From positions 1 to 64,000 of the forward strand of contig JBFGZE010000005.1 of the NCBI GenBank assembly GCA_041586955.1: 64,000 nucleotides of DNA, in the 5' to 3' direction. The notes beneath the pieces were generated by a model. The model was given only the letters and a program-made list of their open reading frames with translations. It was not told where the DNA came from and did not search any database. This stretch comes from Bacteriovoracaceae bacterium. GTDB taxonomy: Bacteria; Bdellovibrionota; Bacteriovoracia; Bacteriovoracales; Bacteriovoracaceae. Positions 1 to 9,423 of the stretch are shown here, in pieces. Within the stretch, counting starts at the first letter, position 1. Every line of letters begins with the position of its first letter. The position numbers were made by a program, and so were the translations under genes.

Positions 1-435
1 AAAAAAGCAACTAAGAAAGTTGCAAAGAAAGCAACAAAAAAATCTGCCAAAAAGACAACAAAGAAAGTAGCTAAGAAAACTGCTACTAAGAAGAAAGTAG
101 CTAAGAAAGCTGCTACTAAGAAGAAAGCAGCTAAGAAAGTAGCTAAGAAAAAAGTTGCTAAAAAAGCAACGAAGAAAGTTACTAAGAAAAAAGTTGCAAA
201 GAAAAAAGTTGCTAAGAAAAAAGTTGCAAAGAAAGTTGCAAAAAAAGCAACGAAGAAAGTAGCTAAGAAAAAAGTTGCTAAAAAAGCAACGAAGAAAGTA
301 GCTAAGAAAAAAGTTGCTAAAAAAGCAACTAAGAAAGTAGCTAAGAAAAAAGTTGCTAAAAAAGCAACAAAGAAAGTAGCTAAGAAAAAAGTTGCTAAAA
401 AAGCTACTAAAAAAGCTCCTGCTAAGAAAAAGTAG
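1..435 (+). CDS. Histone H1-like (Hc2/HctB-like) lysine/alanine-rich DNA-binding protein, 5'-truncated by the window edge
   Basis: Frame 1 is open from base 1 to TAG at 433-435. It encodes KKVAKK/KKATKK repeats ending KKAPAKKK and is followed by a terminator. It is absent from the ORF track because the start lies outside the window. Confidence 0.85.
   Translation, partial: KKATKKVAKKATKKSAKKTTKKVAKKTATKKKVAKKAATKKKAAKKVAKKKVAKKATKKVTKKKVAKKKVAKKKVAKKVAKKATKKVAKKKVAKKATKKVAKKKVAKKATKKVAKKKVAKKATKKVAKKKVAKKATKKAPAKKK
229..420 (+). repeat. About 5 tandem 39-nt coding repeats (KKVAKKATKKVAK)
   Basis: Units at 229, 268, 307, 346 and 385 (last one diverged), with mostly synonymous variation. Confidence 0.85.
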
Positions 436-462
436 TCGCTATTTTTGAAAAAGTTTATAAGG

Positions 463-489
463 GCCCTCGTTTTTGACGAGGGCTTTTTT
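463..489 (+). terminator. Rho-independent terminator
   Basis: GCCCTCGT-loop-ACGAGGGC followed by T6, just after the histone-like gene. Confidence 0.85.
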
Positions 490-653
490 ATTTCAATAGG
501 TTAAGTCGTATTTAGCTGCGCATATTCCAAAAAAAAGTCCTGAAATTTGTAAAAATGGGGTTTTTTTCTAGGCCTAAGGCCCAATAGTTTACAAAAATTA
601 ATAAAATTGATAGGTTGCACCACAATAAGTTTGATAACAAGTGGAGTAAGTAT

Positions 654-2147
654 ATGACCAATCCGACTGGTCTTGGCGTTCGTAATGATTCAATAAAAAA
701 AGAGCAATGGTTTGTTGACGAAAAGTCTGGTCAACGAATGGTAAAGATGGGGGATCTTACTTTTCCCCCCCGTAAAGTTTGGATGAAAACTTTTGGCTGT
801 CAAATGAATTACCATGATTCCGAGCGAATTCTCTCTCACTTAACGGATTTAAACTTTACTCGCACTGAAGAAGTTGAAGAAGCTGATTTGGTACTCTTTA
901 ATACCTGTGCTGTACGCGATCTATCTAATAATAAGTTTTATTCCCAACTTGGTGAAATGAAGCATGCTAAGAAAAAGAAAAATGACTTAGTCGTGGGAAT
1001 TGGTGGCTGCGTTGCTCAAACTGAAGGTAAAGAATTAGTTAAGAAGTATAAGCATTTAGACTTTGCTTTTGGTACAGATGTTATTGATACTATTAACGAT
1101 ATGGTTTTTCGAACCTATGCTGGCGATAGTAAGTTTACTGTCAATTCATGGGATCGCTCAGAAAACTTTTCGATTGAAACGAAAGTTACTCATGGTTCCC
1201 CGCAGGCCTTCGTTAATATTATTAAAGGCTGCAATAAATATTGTACCTATTGTATTGTCCCCTACACACGAGGGAAAGAGCGTTCGCGCTTAAAGTCTGA
1301 AGTGGTGGATGACGTTCGCAAGTTAGTGGAGTACCAGGGTATTCAAGAGGTGACTCTTCTCGGGCAAAACGTCAATTCATACGGTAAAGATAACGGCGAA
1401 TCTCTTGCCGGGTTATTAACAGAACTTGATGAGATTAATGGGCTCGAGCTGATTCGCTATACGACAAGTCATCCTTATGATGTATCTGATGAATTAGTCG
1501 CTGTTCACGGCAGTGCTAAAAAATTATCCCGGCACCTTCATTTACCTGTGCAATCAGGTTCAACTGAAGTTCTTAAAAGAATGCACCGGGAATACTCTGT
1601 TGAGCATTATCTAGGTCTTCTCGAGAAGTTGAGAAAAGCGCAACCTGAAATTGTTTTAAGTACAGATATTATTGTTGGTTTTGTGAACGAAACGGATGAA
1701 GAATTCCAAATGACATTGGATCTTTTAGATAAGGCCCAATACGATTTTATTTATTCTTACTCCTATTCTCGACGGGAAAAAACTCGTGCCGCTTCAATGG
1801 AAGATCAATTAACAGATGATATTCGCGGTGAGCGCCTTCGTTATTTACAAAAATATCAATTAGCAATTCAAGCTAAGCTACGGGCCCCTCTTGTTGGTCG
1901 AACTTTCCGTGTTTTAGTGGATGGTTTTGGCAATATGGGAGGTGTTAAAAAGTGGAAAGGGCGTACTAATTGTAATCGTATTATTCATTTTAAACCTCAA
2001 TCTGAAATGGAAGATATGCAATGGCATTGGGTTGATGTAACAGTGACTTCGGCCACGGCCTTATCTTGCCAAGGGGAAATGATTAAAAGTTATGGACGTC
2101 GAATTCCCTCGGAAGTCCCTCGAGACTACCATATTTCAATAGATTAG
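654..2147 (+). CDS. miaB: tRNA-2-methylthio-N6-dimethylallyladenosine synthase MiaB
   Basis: TFGCQMN and NTCAVR (UPF0004 domain), radical SAM CNKYCTYC, HLPVQSGS, C-terminal TRAM domain. Start placed at ATG 654 behind GGAG; the ORF track starts at 615. Confidence 0.93.
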   Translation: MTNPTGLGVRNDSIKKEQWFVDEKSGQRMVKMGDLTFPPRKVWMKTFGCQMNYHDSERILSHLTDLNFTRTEEVEEADLVLFNTCAVRDLSNNKFYSQLGEMKHAKKKKNDLVVGIGGCVAQTEGKELVKKYKHLDFAFGTDVIDTINDMVFRTYAGDSKFTVNSWDRSENFSIETKVTHGSPQAFVNIIKGCNKYCTYCIVPYTRGKERSRLKSEVVDDVRKLVEYQGIQEVTLLGQNVNSYGKDNGESLAGLLTELDEINGLELIRYTTSHPYDVSDELVAVHGSAKKLSRHLHLPVQSGSTEVLKRMHREYSVEHYLGLLEKLRKAQPEIVLSTDIIVGFVNETDEEFQMTLDLLDKAQYDFIYSYSYSRREKTRAASMEDQLTDDIRGERLRYLQKYQLAIQAKLRAPLVGRTFRVLVDGFGNMGGVKKWKGRTNCNRIIHFKPQSEMEDMQWHWVDVTVTSATALSCQGEMIKSYGRRIPSEVPRDYHISID

Positions 2148-2216
2148 AGACCTTACGGTTAAAATGACCCCCTGTGTTAATGATGATATTTTTATTATTA
2201 TTAAGGTAGGGGGATC

Positions 2217-2834
2217 ATGAATTTTAAAATACTTCTCGGACTTATTCTTTTTCTATTCAGCACCTATACTTGGTCTTTCGTCGAGCTGTCCGGGGATTTT
2301 GCTTATAGTAAAAAGGTCTACGGCAACCAACGTGAAAACAAAATGGTAGAGCGTACCTATGGTGGTGGTATGGCGTTTTATTTTTTAAGTAATACCGCAC
2401 TTGAGTTCAATTATTCACAAACTGAGCAGATTCAAACAGAGAATGAAGTTCTTCCGGTGACGGGCTATAATTATTCGATTACTTCTATGCAAAATAGAGT
2501 GACGACAAATGTTTATGGCATCGGTTTGAAGCAGGCCTTTGCTGGGCGTAATTCGTTTCTGACGCCCTCGCTATCGTTGGGCTATGCTCGGCAATTTATA
2601 GAGGATACGACTGATGTGACCTTCACCGAAAATACCAACGGTTCGCAAATCTTTTCTAGTAGTGATCCGACTAAGGCCCGTTACGATTCTGTTTTTGGAA
2701 CCTTTACAATAAAAATTAAATTAACAAAACTTCTCTCTCTCAATGGCTCAGTTAATACTTTATTCCGAGCTTTTGAATGGAATGATGCCAAAAACAACCT
2801 CAAGTATCGCGCAGGTTTCTCGTGGATGTTTTAG
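2217..2834 (+). CDS. Outer-membrane beta-barrel protein
   Basis: Signal peptide, alternating beta-strand pattern, C-terminal YRAGFSWMF (terminal Phe). Confidence 0.7.
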   Translation: MNFKILLGLILFLFSTYTWSFVELSGDFAYSKKVYGNQRENKMVERTYGGGMAFYFLSNTALEFNYSQTEQIQTENEVLPVTGYNYSITSMQNRVTTNVYGIGLKQAFAGRNSFLTPSLSLGYARQFIEDTTDVTFTENTNGSQIFSSSDPTKARYDSVFGTFTIKIKLTKLLSLNGSVNTLFRAFEWNDAKNNLKYRAGFSWMF

Positions 2835-2943
2835 TCATTCATCTATTTCACTGCCATTGGAATCGGTCCGCGATGTTATCCTGCTTGGCGTGCAGTCTTA
2901 TTATTCATGTATCTCCTTCTGGTATCTCCCAAATCTGGAGTAA

Positions 2944-4038
2944 ATGGTGAATATTACTACTGCTTTAAGGGCCAGCAGAGTGAGAGTGCTGAGTATAGGG
3001 GTGCTTTGTTTTATTTCTTTGGGCCTTAGTTCATGTGCGAAAATTAAATATATTTGGGGGCAGGGAAAGGGCCAGGTTTCGCTTCTTCATAACGCCAGGG
3101 AAAATAGTGAGGTGCTGAAAGATCCGCGGGTCACTTCCTCTCAAAAAGATAAGATTCGCCTTATTAAAAAATATAAAGAATATTTTTATCAATATTATGA
3201 GCGTGCCCCATCGGCCCTCTACGATAAAACGTCTTTCTTGAAGGATAAGGCGGTGACTTATTTAGTAATTGCTTCTCCTTTTCGCGAGATTAAAGCGAAG
3301 AAAGAATGTTTTTATTTTGTGGGCTGTTTTCCCTATCTGGGTTTTTTCGCGAAACAGGATGCCTGGGATCATGCTCAAAGGTTAGGTGAAAGTGGTTACG
3401 CAACCTATATTCGACCAGTCTATGCCTATTCGACTTTGGGAAAGTTTGATGATCCCATATTATCTTCCTTTTTTTATTACGATGACTTTGATCTTGGGGA
3501 ATTGATTTTTCATGAATTATTCCACACTATCTTTTTTATTAAGGATGAGGTCGATCTCAATGAAAACCTGGCCAATTATTTTAGTGAAATGATGGCAGCT
3601 GAATATTTTAAACATGATGATCAATGGAAAGCGGAAAAAGCGGAGAAAGAGAGAAAAACTCGCATTTTGCGCAAAGAATTGGTCTCATGGGTTAAAAAAA
3701 TAAATGAAGGCTATAAAGAAAATAATTTTACAGAAGATCGCCAATATCGTGATTATTTACAGAGTATACTTTCGGGACCTTTTTCCAAGCACTTTCACAA
3801 ATTATGCTCACAACTAGGTCTTGTTGATTGCTTTCCTTTAAAGCGAAAGTGGAATAATGCTTCTCTTGCAGCCTATATGACCTATGAAAAGGCCGGTAAT
3901 AAAATAGAACAACTTCACCATCTTGTCGGTGGAGACCTTCCAGGATTTTTGGCCTATATCGAGCAACAGTGGATGGACTATAAAAAAGCTGGTATAGATA
4001 GGGAGTTTAGTGACTTTCTATTTGAAAAGGTTAAATAA
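2944..4038 (+). CDS. Predicted zinc aminopeptidase lipoprotein (Aminopep family)
   Basis: Lipobox LSSC; GCFPYLGFF, AYSTLGKFDDP, IFHELFH and NENLA motifs. The true start may be slightly downstream. Confidence 0.8.
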   Translation: MVNITTALRASRVRVLSIGVLCFISLGLSSCAKIKYIWGQGKGQVSLLHNARENSEVLKDPRVTSSQKDKIRLIKKYKEYFYQYYERAPSALYDKTSFLKDKAVTYLVIASPFREIKAKKECFYFVGCFPYLGFFAKQDAWDHAQRLGESGYATYIRPVYAYSTLGKFDDPILSSFFYYDDFDLGELIFHELFHTIFFIKDEVDLNENLANYFSEMMAAEYFKHDDQWKAEKAEKERKTRILRKELVSWVKKINEGYKENNFTEDRQYRDYLQSILSGPFSKHFHKLCSQLGLVDCFPLKRKWNNASLAAYMTYEKAGNKIEQLHHLVGGDLPGFLAYIEQQWMDYKKAGIDREFSDFLFEKVK

Positions 4039-4039
4039 T

Positions 4040-4993
4040 ATGCGTCATTTCCTGCTGATCGATGAAATAGGCCAATTGAATTGTGCTAAAGATAGCTCTT
4101 TTTATCTCGCCAAAACTCTTAAAGACCAGGGACATGAAGTCTTTCTCTTCTTTGTGAAAGATTTTTCGATTCATAATACTGGCCCGGCCTATCAATTGGC
4201 CTATGATTTTACTGCTGAGTTTGATGAGACGGGATATTATCTCAAAGATGTCGCTTTAAAAGACCAAGTTAAATTTGAATTAACGCCCGCAGACCTTATT
4301 CATATGCGTTTAGATCCACCTTTTGACTCTCGATATTTGCGTTATTTATGGATGCTTGATTTTTGGCAGCAGCATTATGGCCTAAGAGTGATGAATAATC
4401 CTCGCGGAATTATGCATTGGAATGAGAAAATTACCGCCTATACTTTACCATCTTCTCTCGATTCATTTATTGGAGCATCTCCCTCCTCGCTAGAAATGTT
4501 TATGAGGCCTTTGCTCGAAGCAGGGCTAAAAGACTTTATCTTTAAGCCTCTTGATCTCTATCAGGGAATAGGGGTGGAAAAAGTTGAATTCCAGGATATG
4601 GAAAGTTTTCAGGCGAAGTTTGTGGCAACTGCCAAAGTCTTCCAAGGACCAATTGTGGTTCAGCCCTTTGTGCCTGAAGTGGCCGAGGGAGAAATTCGCA
4701 GTATCTTTTTTAAAGGTGAGCATTTGGGAAGTATTATTAAAATACCACCGAAGAACCAATTTTTGGCCAATATCGCTCAGGGAGCGGCCTATCATGCTGT
4801 CCAGCTCGAAGATGAGGTTGAGAAATCCTGCAAGGGGATTTGTGAACTTCTTAAGCGAGATGGTGTCGATTGGATTGCGTTTGATATTTTGGGAGGCTCA
4901 ATTCAAGAGGTCAACGTTACTTGCCCTGGACTTCTAGTTGAAGTCTCCAAGGCAAATCAAAAAAATTTAGCGGCACTTATGGAGTGGTCTTAG
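4040..4993 (+). CDS. gshB: Glutathione synthetase (ATP-grasp)
   Basis: KDSS, MRLDPPFD, NNPRG..NEK, KPL, ANIAQG and EVNVTCP motifs. Start moved to ATG 4040 directly after the upstream stop. Confidence 0.85.
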   Translation: MRHFLLIDEIGQLNCAKDSSFYLAKTLKDQGHEVFLFFVKDFSIHNTGPAYQLAYDFTAEFDETGYYLKDVALKDQVKFELTPADLIHMRLDPPFDSRYLRYLWMLDFWQQHYGLRVMNNPRGIMHWNEKITAYTLPSSLDSFIGASPSSLEMFMRPLLEAGLKDFIFKPLDLYQGIGVEKVEFQDMESFQAKFVATAKVFQGPIVVQPFVPEVAEGEIRSIFFKGEHLGSIIKIPPKNQFLANIAQGAAYHAVQLEDEVEKSCKGICELLKRDGVDWIAFDILGGSIQEVNVTCPGLLVEVSKANQKNLAALMEWS

Positions 4994-5756
4994 GTCCAGG
5001 TAAGTCTTTAGTGGTATCCGTTGAGACTTGAAGCTCCATTGAGTAGCACTCTGTTAACCAGACATTATCCCAGGGACAAACCCCATCAACGTTGGGAAAT
5101 CCTTGTTGTTCATAACTTTTACAAGACCAATCCCATTTGACGTTGAGAATTTCTACAACAAGAGGGAAGGCGGTATTGGCCGGCACTTGAAAGCTGTGAA
5201 CTTTAGAGGCGCAATCGACGCGAACATTGTCGAATAAGTGGTAATCGCCACTTCCTGGACTTTCTCTTTTTCGGACACGGACACCGACCTGCATCCTGCC
5301 ATAGGGCCTAGGTTGGTAAGCACAGGCAACACCTTTACTATCAGTACCAAAATAACGACGACGAGGAATGACACGCACATTGAAGCGGGCATTGGTAAAA
5401 AATATATCTTGGGAAATACCAGCTGGCATATTACTTTCAGACGACCAAGCAATGACCCCTTCATTATGTCCATGAGCAACTATTGGTGGTTCCGAAATTT
5501 TATAATAATCGATAGTTTGTCCAGCATCGCTTATACCAGGTTCACTGCCTGTGCCATGACATTCACCAACAGGCGGGCTAACATTACTGCCGCCACTAGT
5601 GTTGCTACCACCGCCACTATTATTTCCACCGCCAGTACTGGGGTTATTAGTACTCGTCGTAATTATGTTCTTTGAGGTTGTTTTCTTCTCTAAGCACCCA
5701 AAATTAAAAAGAAGTGTTACTATCATGAGTAATTGAGATGATCGTTTTATAATCAT
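4977..5756 (-). CDS. Hypothetical Cys-rich lipoprotein with Gly/Ser/Thr linker
   Basis: Lipobox-like NFGC, low-complexity linker, beta-rich domain with several Cys. Confidence 0.6.
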   Translation of the reverse strand: MIIKRSSQLLMIVTLLFNFGCLEKKTTSKNIITTSTNNPSTGGGNNSGGGSNTSGGSNVSPPVGECHGTGSEPGISDAGQTIDYYKISEPPIVAHGHNEGVIAWSSESNMPAGISQDIFFTNARFNVRVIPRRRYFGTDSKGVACAYQPRPYGRMQVGVRVRKRESPGSGDYHLFDNVRVDCASKVHSFQVPANTAFPLVVEILNVKWDWSCKSYEQQGFPNVDGVCPWDNVWLTECYSMELQVSTDTTKDLPGPKTTP

Positions 5757-5925
5757 TTTTCTGGTCCCCCCAATGGATTGGGCATTCTATCTTCGTCTAT
5801 TGATCGGGATATTTGAGTAAAAACTTTAATTTAACCCCCATCTACTTGAAATCAATAAGTTGATTCGATGGGCGGGGAGAAAATTAAATCTTGCGTCTGG
5901 CCCAAGCGCCAGCTACCATTTGAAG

Positions 5926-6369
5926 GTGATAAATTTTATAAAATCTATTCAAGATGGCCTACTTCATGAATTTTCAGATCTCTATTCTTTGGCCCACGCT
6001 TTGACTCAGGATAGTGGACTGAGTTCATCAATTATTGAACGGGTTTTTGAAGGTTTATTTTTGGATTGGGAGAATAGTAAGATCTTTTTTGAAAAAGGTC
6101 ATGAGAGAGATTTGCGAATCGAATTGATGAGCAAGGTGTTGGCCCTTGTTGATAAGAAAAAGGACGTTATCTCTGCAATCCCTGAATATGCTCCTTTTTG
6201 CCAATTAGAAGTAAAAGAAAGAGCGCTCCTCTTTCTTGTCAAAAATTTTGACTTTACGAGTGAAGAACTCTCGATGATTTTAAAAGTTCCTCGTCATATC
6301 GTCATTTGTACTCATGAAGTTGCTCGTAAAAATATCCTGGAAAATAGGGGAGCGGAGTATCGCTTATGA
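5926..6369 (+). CDS. Divergent ECF-type sigma factor
   Basis: The C-terminus LEVKERALLFL...FTSEELSMILKVPRHIV...ARKNI resembles sigma70 region 4.2, and the gene overlaps an anti-sigma gene (ATGA). Start uncertain (GTG 5926 or TTG 5860). Confidence 0.55.
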   Translation: MINFIKSIQDGLLHEFSDLYSLAHALTQDSGLSSSIIERVFEGLFLDWENSKIFFEKGHERDLRIELMSKVLALVDKKKDVISAIPEYAPFCQLEVKERALLFLVKNFDFTSEELSMILKVPRHIVICTHEVARKNILENRGAEYRL

Positions 6370-6797
6370 ATGACTCAATGGCTTCTCCTTCATCAATAAA
6401 TAAAAACCTTCATTCGACGATGTTAACTTGTCCATTTTCGCGCAATATAATGCTGAATTGGCAGGATGTGGATGAGGATGACATTCTTACTAAGCACCTC
6501 TTTGAATGTGATTATTGCCAGCAAAAGGTCGAGGAAGCGCGAGAGCTGGTTGCCCAAGTAAATGAGCTTATTCCGCCGATGGTAACTCCTCCCGATAGAG
6601 ATCAAATAGAAGAAAAAATTAAGTTCCTTATGACGAGTTCGAAATTTAAGAGTTCTATATGGGATCAAATTGAAGAAATCAGGTTTAGCATGGTACAAAT
6701 TGCAAAAGATTTATTTTACTCACTCTTTTCCATCAAAATGGCCGTCGTTTTAGTGGGCATTGCGATGTTGCTTTTAATCCGTCAAATATTAATTTAA
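6366..6797 (+). CDS. Zinc-binding anti-sigma factor (ZAS, zf-HC2) with C-terminal TM helix
   Basis: HLFECDYC matches HxxxCxxC; hydrophobic C-terminal helix; coupled to the ECF-like gene. Confidence 0.7.
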   Translation: MNDSMASPSSINKNLHSTMLTCPFSRNIMLNWQDVDEDDILTKHLFECDYCQQKVEEARELVAQVNELIPPMVTPPDRDQIEEKIKFLMTSSKFKSSIWDQIEEIRFSMVQIAKDLFYSLFSIKMAVVLVGIAMLLLIRQILI

Positions 6798-7729
6798 TTG
6801 CCACCCACCTTAAAGACATAATAAATTGCAAATTCTTCTCGGTCTCCAACAAGCTCTAGTGGTGGGTTGGGAAGTTTGTGAATTCCTATTAATGTCTTTT
6901 CAAATAAATTATGTATTTCATCACTTGGTGATGATTTGATTATTTTCACACTGATAATATTCCCTTCTTTATCAAATATAATTCTTCCTGTGAGTAGGTG
7001 GTTCCCCTGGTTCATATGATATTTTATTTGGGGGTGCGAGAGGATTTCGCTTTGATAGGTCGAAATGAAGGAGTGAACATATGTGGTAAAGGTTCTTTTT
7101 TGGAAGGAAAAGAATTTTTTTTCTGAAGAGTTTAGTTCATCGAGAGTGGTTCCCTCAGGTAAATCAAATTGTAAGTCGAAATCGGCATTTGCGGCCACTC
7201 TAGGGTCAATCGCTCTTAGGTTACTTTCCCGTACGACCTTTTGCTTGAGTATTTGCTTTTTGTAATAGGCCTGTCGCCTGGCCGCCAATAGTTCAGGAGA
7301 GGGCCGTTCTTTAGTTGTACGGCTTGAGATATTCGGGCCAGGAGGGACTACCTCTTTGACCGCGAGTTTGGAAAAGTCGATAGCATCCATTTGTGGCCGT
7401 TTGGAGCGGGGTTTGTCTCCGGAGGCCTTAGGCCGCTTTTTATTGACCAGGGGGATGGACCATTCTTTTTTGCCGTTTTTAACGCCCCATGTGCGAAATT
7501 TTTTAAGTTTTTTGAGCTCTTGTTGAGAAATCTGTTTAACATCAAAGCTTTTTTTGGGAGGCAGTTGAGTCGAAAAGTTGGTCGTTTGTATTGTTTTAAA
7601 TTTCTTCCAGGTGGTGAGAAGCCCTAAATGAATAGCGGTTGAGACGATAACCAGGAGGAGGAGACGTTTTTCTTGAGAGTAATACTTGGGTAATGCCATT
7701 GCATATTTCATCATGGAAAAATCTATCAT
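6794..7729 (-). CDS. TonB/TolA C-terminal domain protein
   Basis: N-terminal TM with SxxxH (VSTAIH), basic/Pro-rich linker, C-terminal IIFDKEGNII...SS...LPNPP. Confidence 0.75.
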   Translation of the reverse strand: MIDFSMMKYAMALPKYYSQEKRLLLLVIVSTAIHLGLLTTWKKFKTIQTTNFSTQLPPKKSFDVKQISQQELKKLKKFRTWGVKNGKKEWSIPLVNKKRPKASGDKPRSKRPQMDAIDFSKLAVKEVVPPGPNISSRTTKERPSPELLAARRQAYYKKQILKQKVVRESNLRAIDPRVAANADFDLQFDLPEGTTLDELNSSEKKFFSFQKRTFTTYVHSFISTYQSEILSHPQIKYHMNQGNHLLTGRIIFDKEGNIISVKIIKSSPSDEIHNLFEKTLIGIHKLPNPPLELVGDREEFAIYYVFKVGGN

Positions 7730-7801
7730 TCTTGACTAATAAATAGCAACTTGTAAGTATGATATAAAGGGCCAGTAGGGCCAAAAAATTGGGAAGAGGC
7801 C

Positions 7802-9292
7802 ATGAAGGTAAAGCAATTTAAATTAGTATCAAATACCCTTATTTTAGGTTCATTCGTGGTAATGGCCACATCAGGACTCTCTCTTTACTCAAACTCTAAA
7901 TCTTTTAAAAATTATGCCCAACTAATGGATGGTATGCAGATTTGTTTCAATCGTGTTTCTCAATCTTATACAGCTGAAATAATAGGAGACACGGAATCAA
8001 ATTACCGATCGAAAGATTTCCATCAGAAGTCGGAAGAGTGCTTTGGTGAGATGATTAATTTCCTAGAAACACAAAAGTTTAATTCGGAAACAGTTAATAG
8101 CAAAGCTCTCAACACTTTATCTTCGAATATTCACTGGTTTCACCAGAAAATGGAATCCGTTGGTGAGGAAAATAAGTTAACTGGAGGCATCGATGGAGGT
8201 TTTTACCTTCATCTCGGAACACGTTTTGAAGAGTTAGAAATTGCTAAAGAAGAGATTGTTTCTGAAATTGATGCCGAGAAAAATCATCTTTCGAACCTTC
8301 AAGATCGGCATCGATTAATTTTTTCTTGGGCCATTTTTTTGGCGCCTTTTTTAATGCTAATCAATTGGCTACTCAGTGCTGGTCGTCGTAAAGAAAATTT
8401 GGAAATTGAAAAAGAGGCCAAAAGAGAATGGGATGAAAATAAGGCCAAAGACCATAATAAAGTAGAGTACTTGGTTGAAAAAGCGCTCCAGGTAAATTCT
8501 TTCCATCATTTGGAAAAGATTTTTTATTCTTATAAGGCCCGTAAAGTTGAAAACGTTGATTTAAAAAAGAATTCTAAGAGTAAATTTATGATACCGAGAA
8601 AAAAGCAGGTCGCTCTCGATGAGACTCTCGCTAAAAATGCTAAATTAGATAAAATTTGGCAGGATGAATCGCTGGCCATCAATATTGATCATAAATCAGT
8701 TTTATTAGAGGCAAATACCCCCAAAAAAGAGGTGGCGCCTCGTATTGACGGAATCGATCTGAATAAGGCCTTGGCCTCAACCATAAAGAAAATGGAAAAA
8801 GAATTACAAGCATCAGGTATTGTCATGGATCTAGATGTAAAAGATATTGGAATGGTTGACGGTCATTCTGAAGAGATCGAGCAAATCCTTTATCAAGTCA
8901 TGAGCTATAATTGTCAGGGCATTACCAAGCGGGCCGATTCAAAGCTGATTGCTATTAAAGGCCGCAATATAGATGATAAAACCTATATTGATATTTATGA
9001 TGGTGAAAGAATCGGTCCTGATTTTGCTAAAAAACTGGGGCAAGATCAGGCCAGTTTACCTCTTTTAATCGTGCGTGAGTTGGCCGATGATAGTAATGTT
9101 CATTTTAATGTGGTTAGTGTTCAAAACTCTGATGGTAAAGATGTGGGCAAAAAGATTTCTCTTATATTTGATTACTTAGGTGAGGTGCAAGAGGATAAAG
9201 TAATTCCTGCGAAGGCCTCAGATAAGAAGTCTTTAGTTCGTCTAGAAAAGGGAACGAAAAGAGAATTGCGTGAAAAAGGAATTCTTCGCTAG
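7802..9292 (+). CDS. Membrane protein with periplasmic helical domain and degenerate HATPase_c-like domain
   Basis: Two TM segments flank a helical region. The C-terminal part follows the histidine-kinase ATPase pattern but has no intact N/G boxes. Confidence 0.5.
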   Translation: MKVKQFKLVSNTLILGSFVVMATSGLSLYSNSKSFKNYAQLMDGMQICFNRVSQSYTAEIIGDTESNYRSKDFHQKSEECFGEMINFLETQKFNSETVNSKALNTLSSNIHWFHQKMESVGEENKLTGGIDGGFYLHLGTRFEELEIAKEEIVSEIDAEKNHLSNLQDRHRLIFSWAIFLAPFLMLINWLLSAGRRKENLEIEKEAKREWDENKAKDHNKVEYLVEKALQVNSFHHLEKIFYSYKARKVENVDLKKNSKSKFMIPRKKQVALDETLAKNAKLDKIWQDESLAINIDHKSVLLEANTPKKEVAPRIDGIDLNKALASTIKKMEKELQASGIVMDLDVKDIGMVDGHSEEIEQILYQVMSYNCQGITKRADSKLIAIKGRNIDDKTYIDIYDGERIGPDFAKKLGQDQASLPLLIVRELADDSNVHFNVVSVQNSDGKDVGKKISLIFDYLGEVQEDKVIPAKASDKKSLVRLEKGTKRELREKGILR

Positions 9293-9423
9293 CAGATCGC
9301 AACCCCAATGACTTATCCGCACTCTTTTCCTATAAACAGGTTAAATCTTACGGCTCAATTTAGTAACAACGCGATAGATTTTTATACAGCGATTCCTCCT
9401 ATTCAAATAATTATACTGGCGAA

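Noticed and set aside
1..435. 39-nt repeats as a possible CRISPR array
   Set aside because: The repeats are contiguous and coding, with no unique spacers and no cas genes.
5238..5675. 145-aa plus-strand ORF and similar short ORFs nested in or antisense to longer genes throughout the window
   Set aside because: No recognisable motifs, and fully explained as alternative-frame shadows of well-supported genes.
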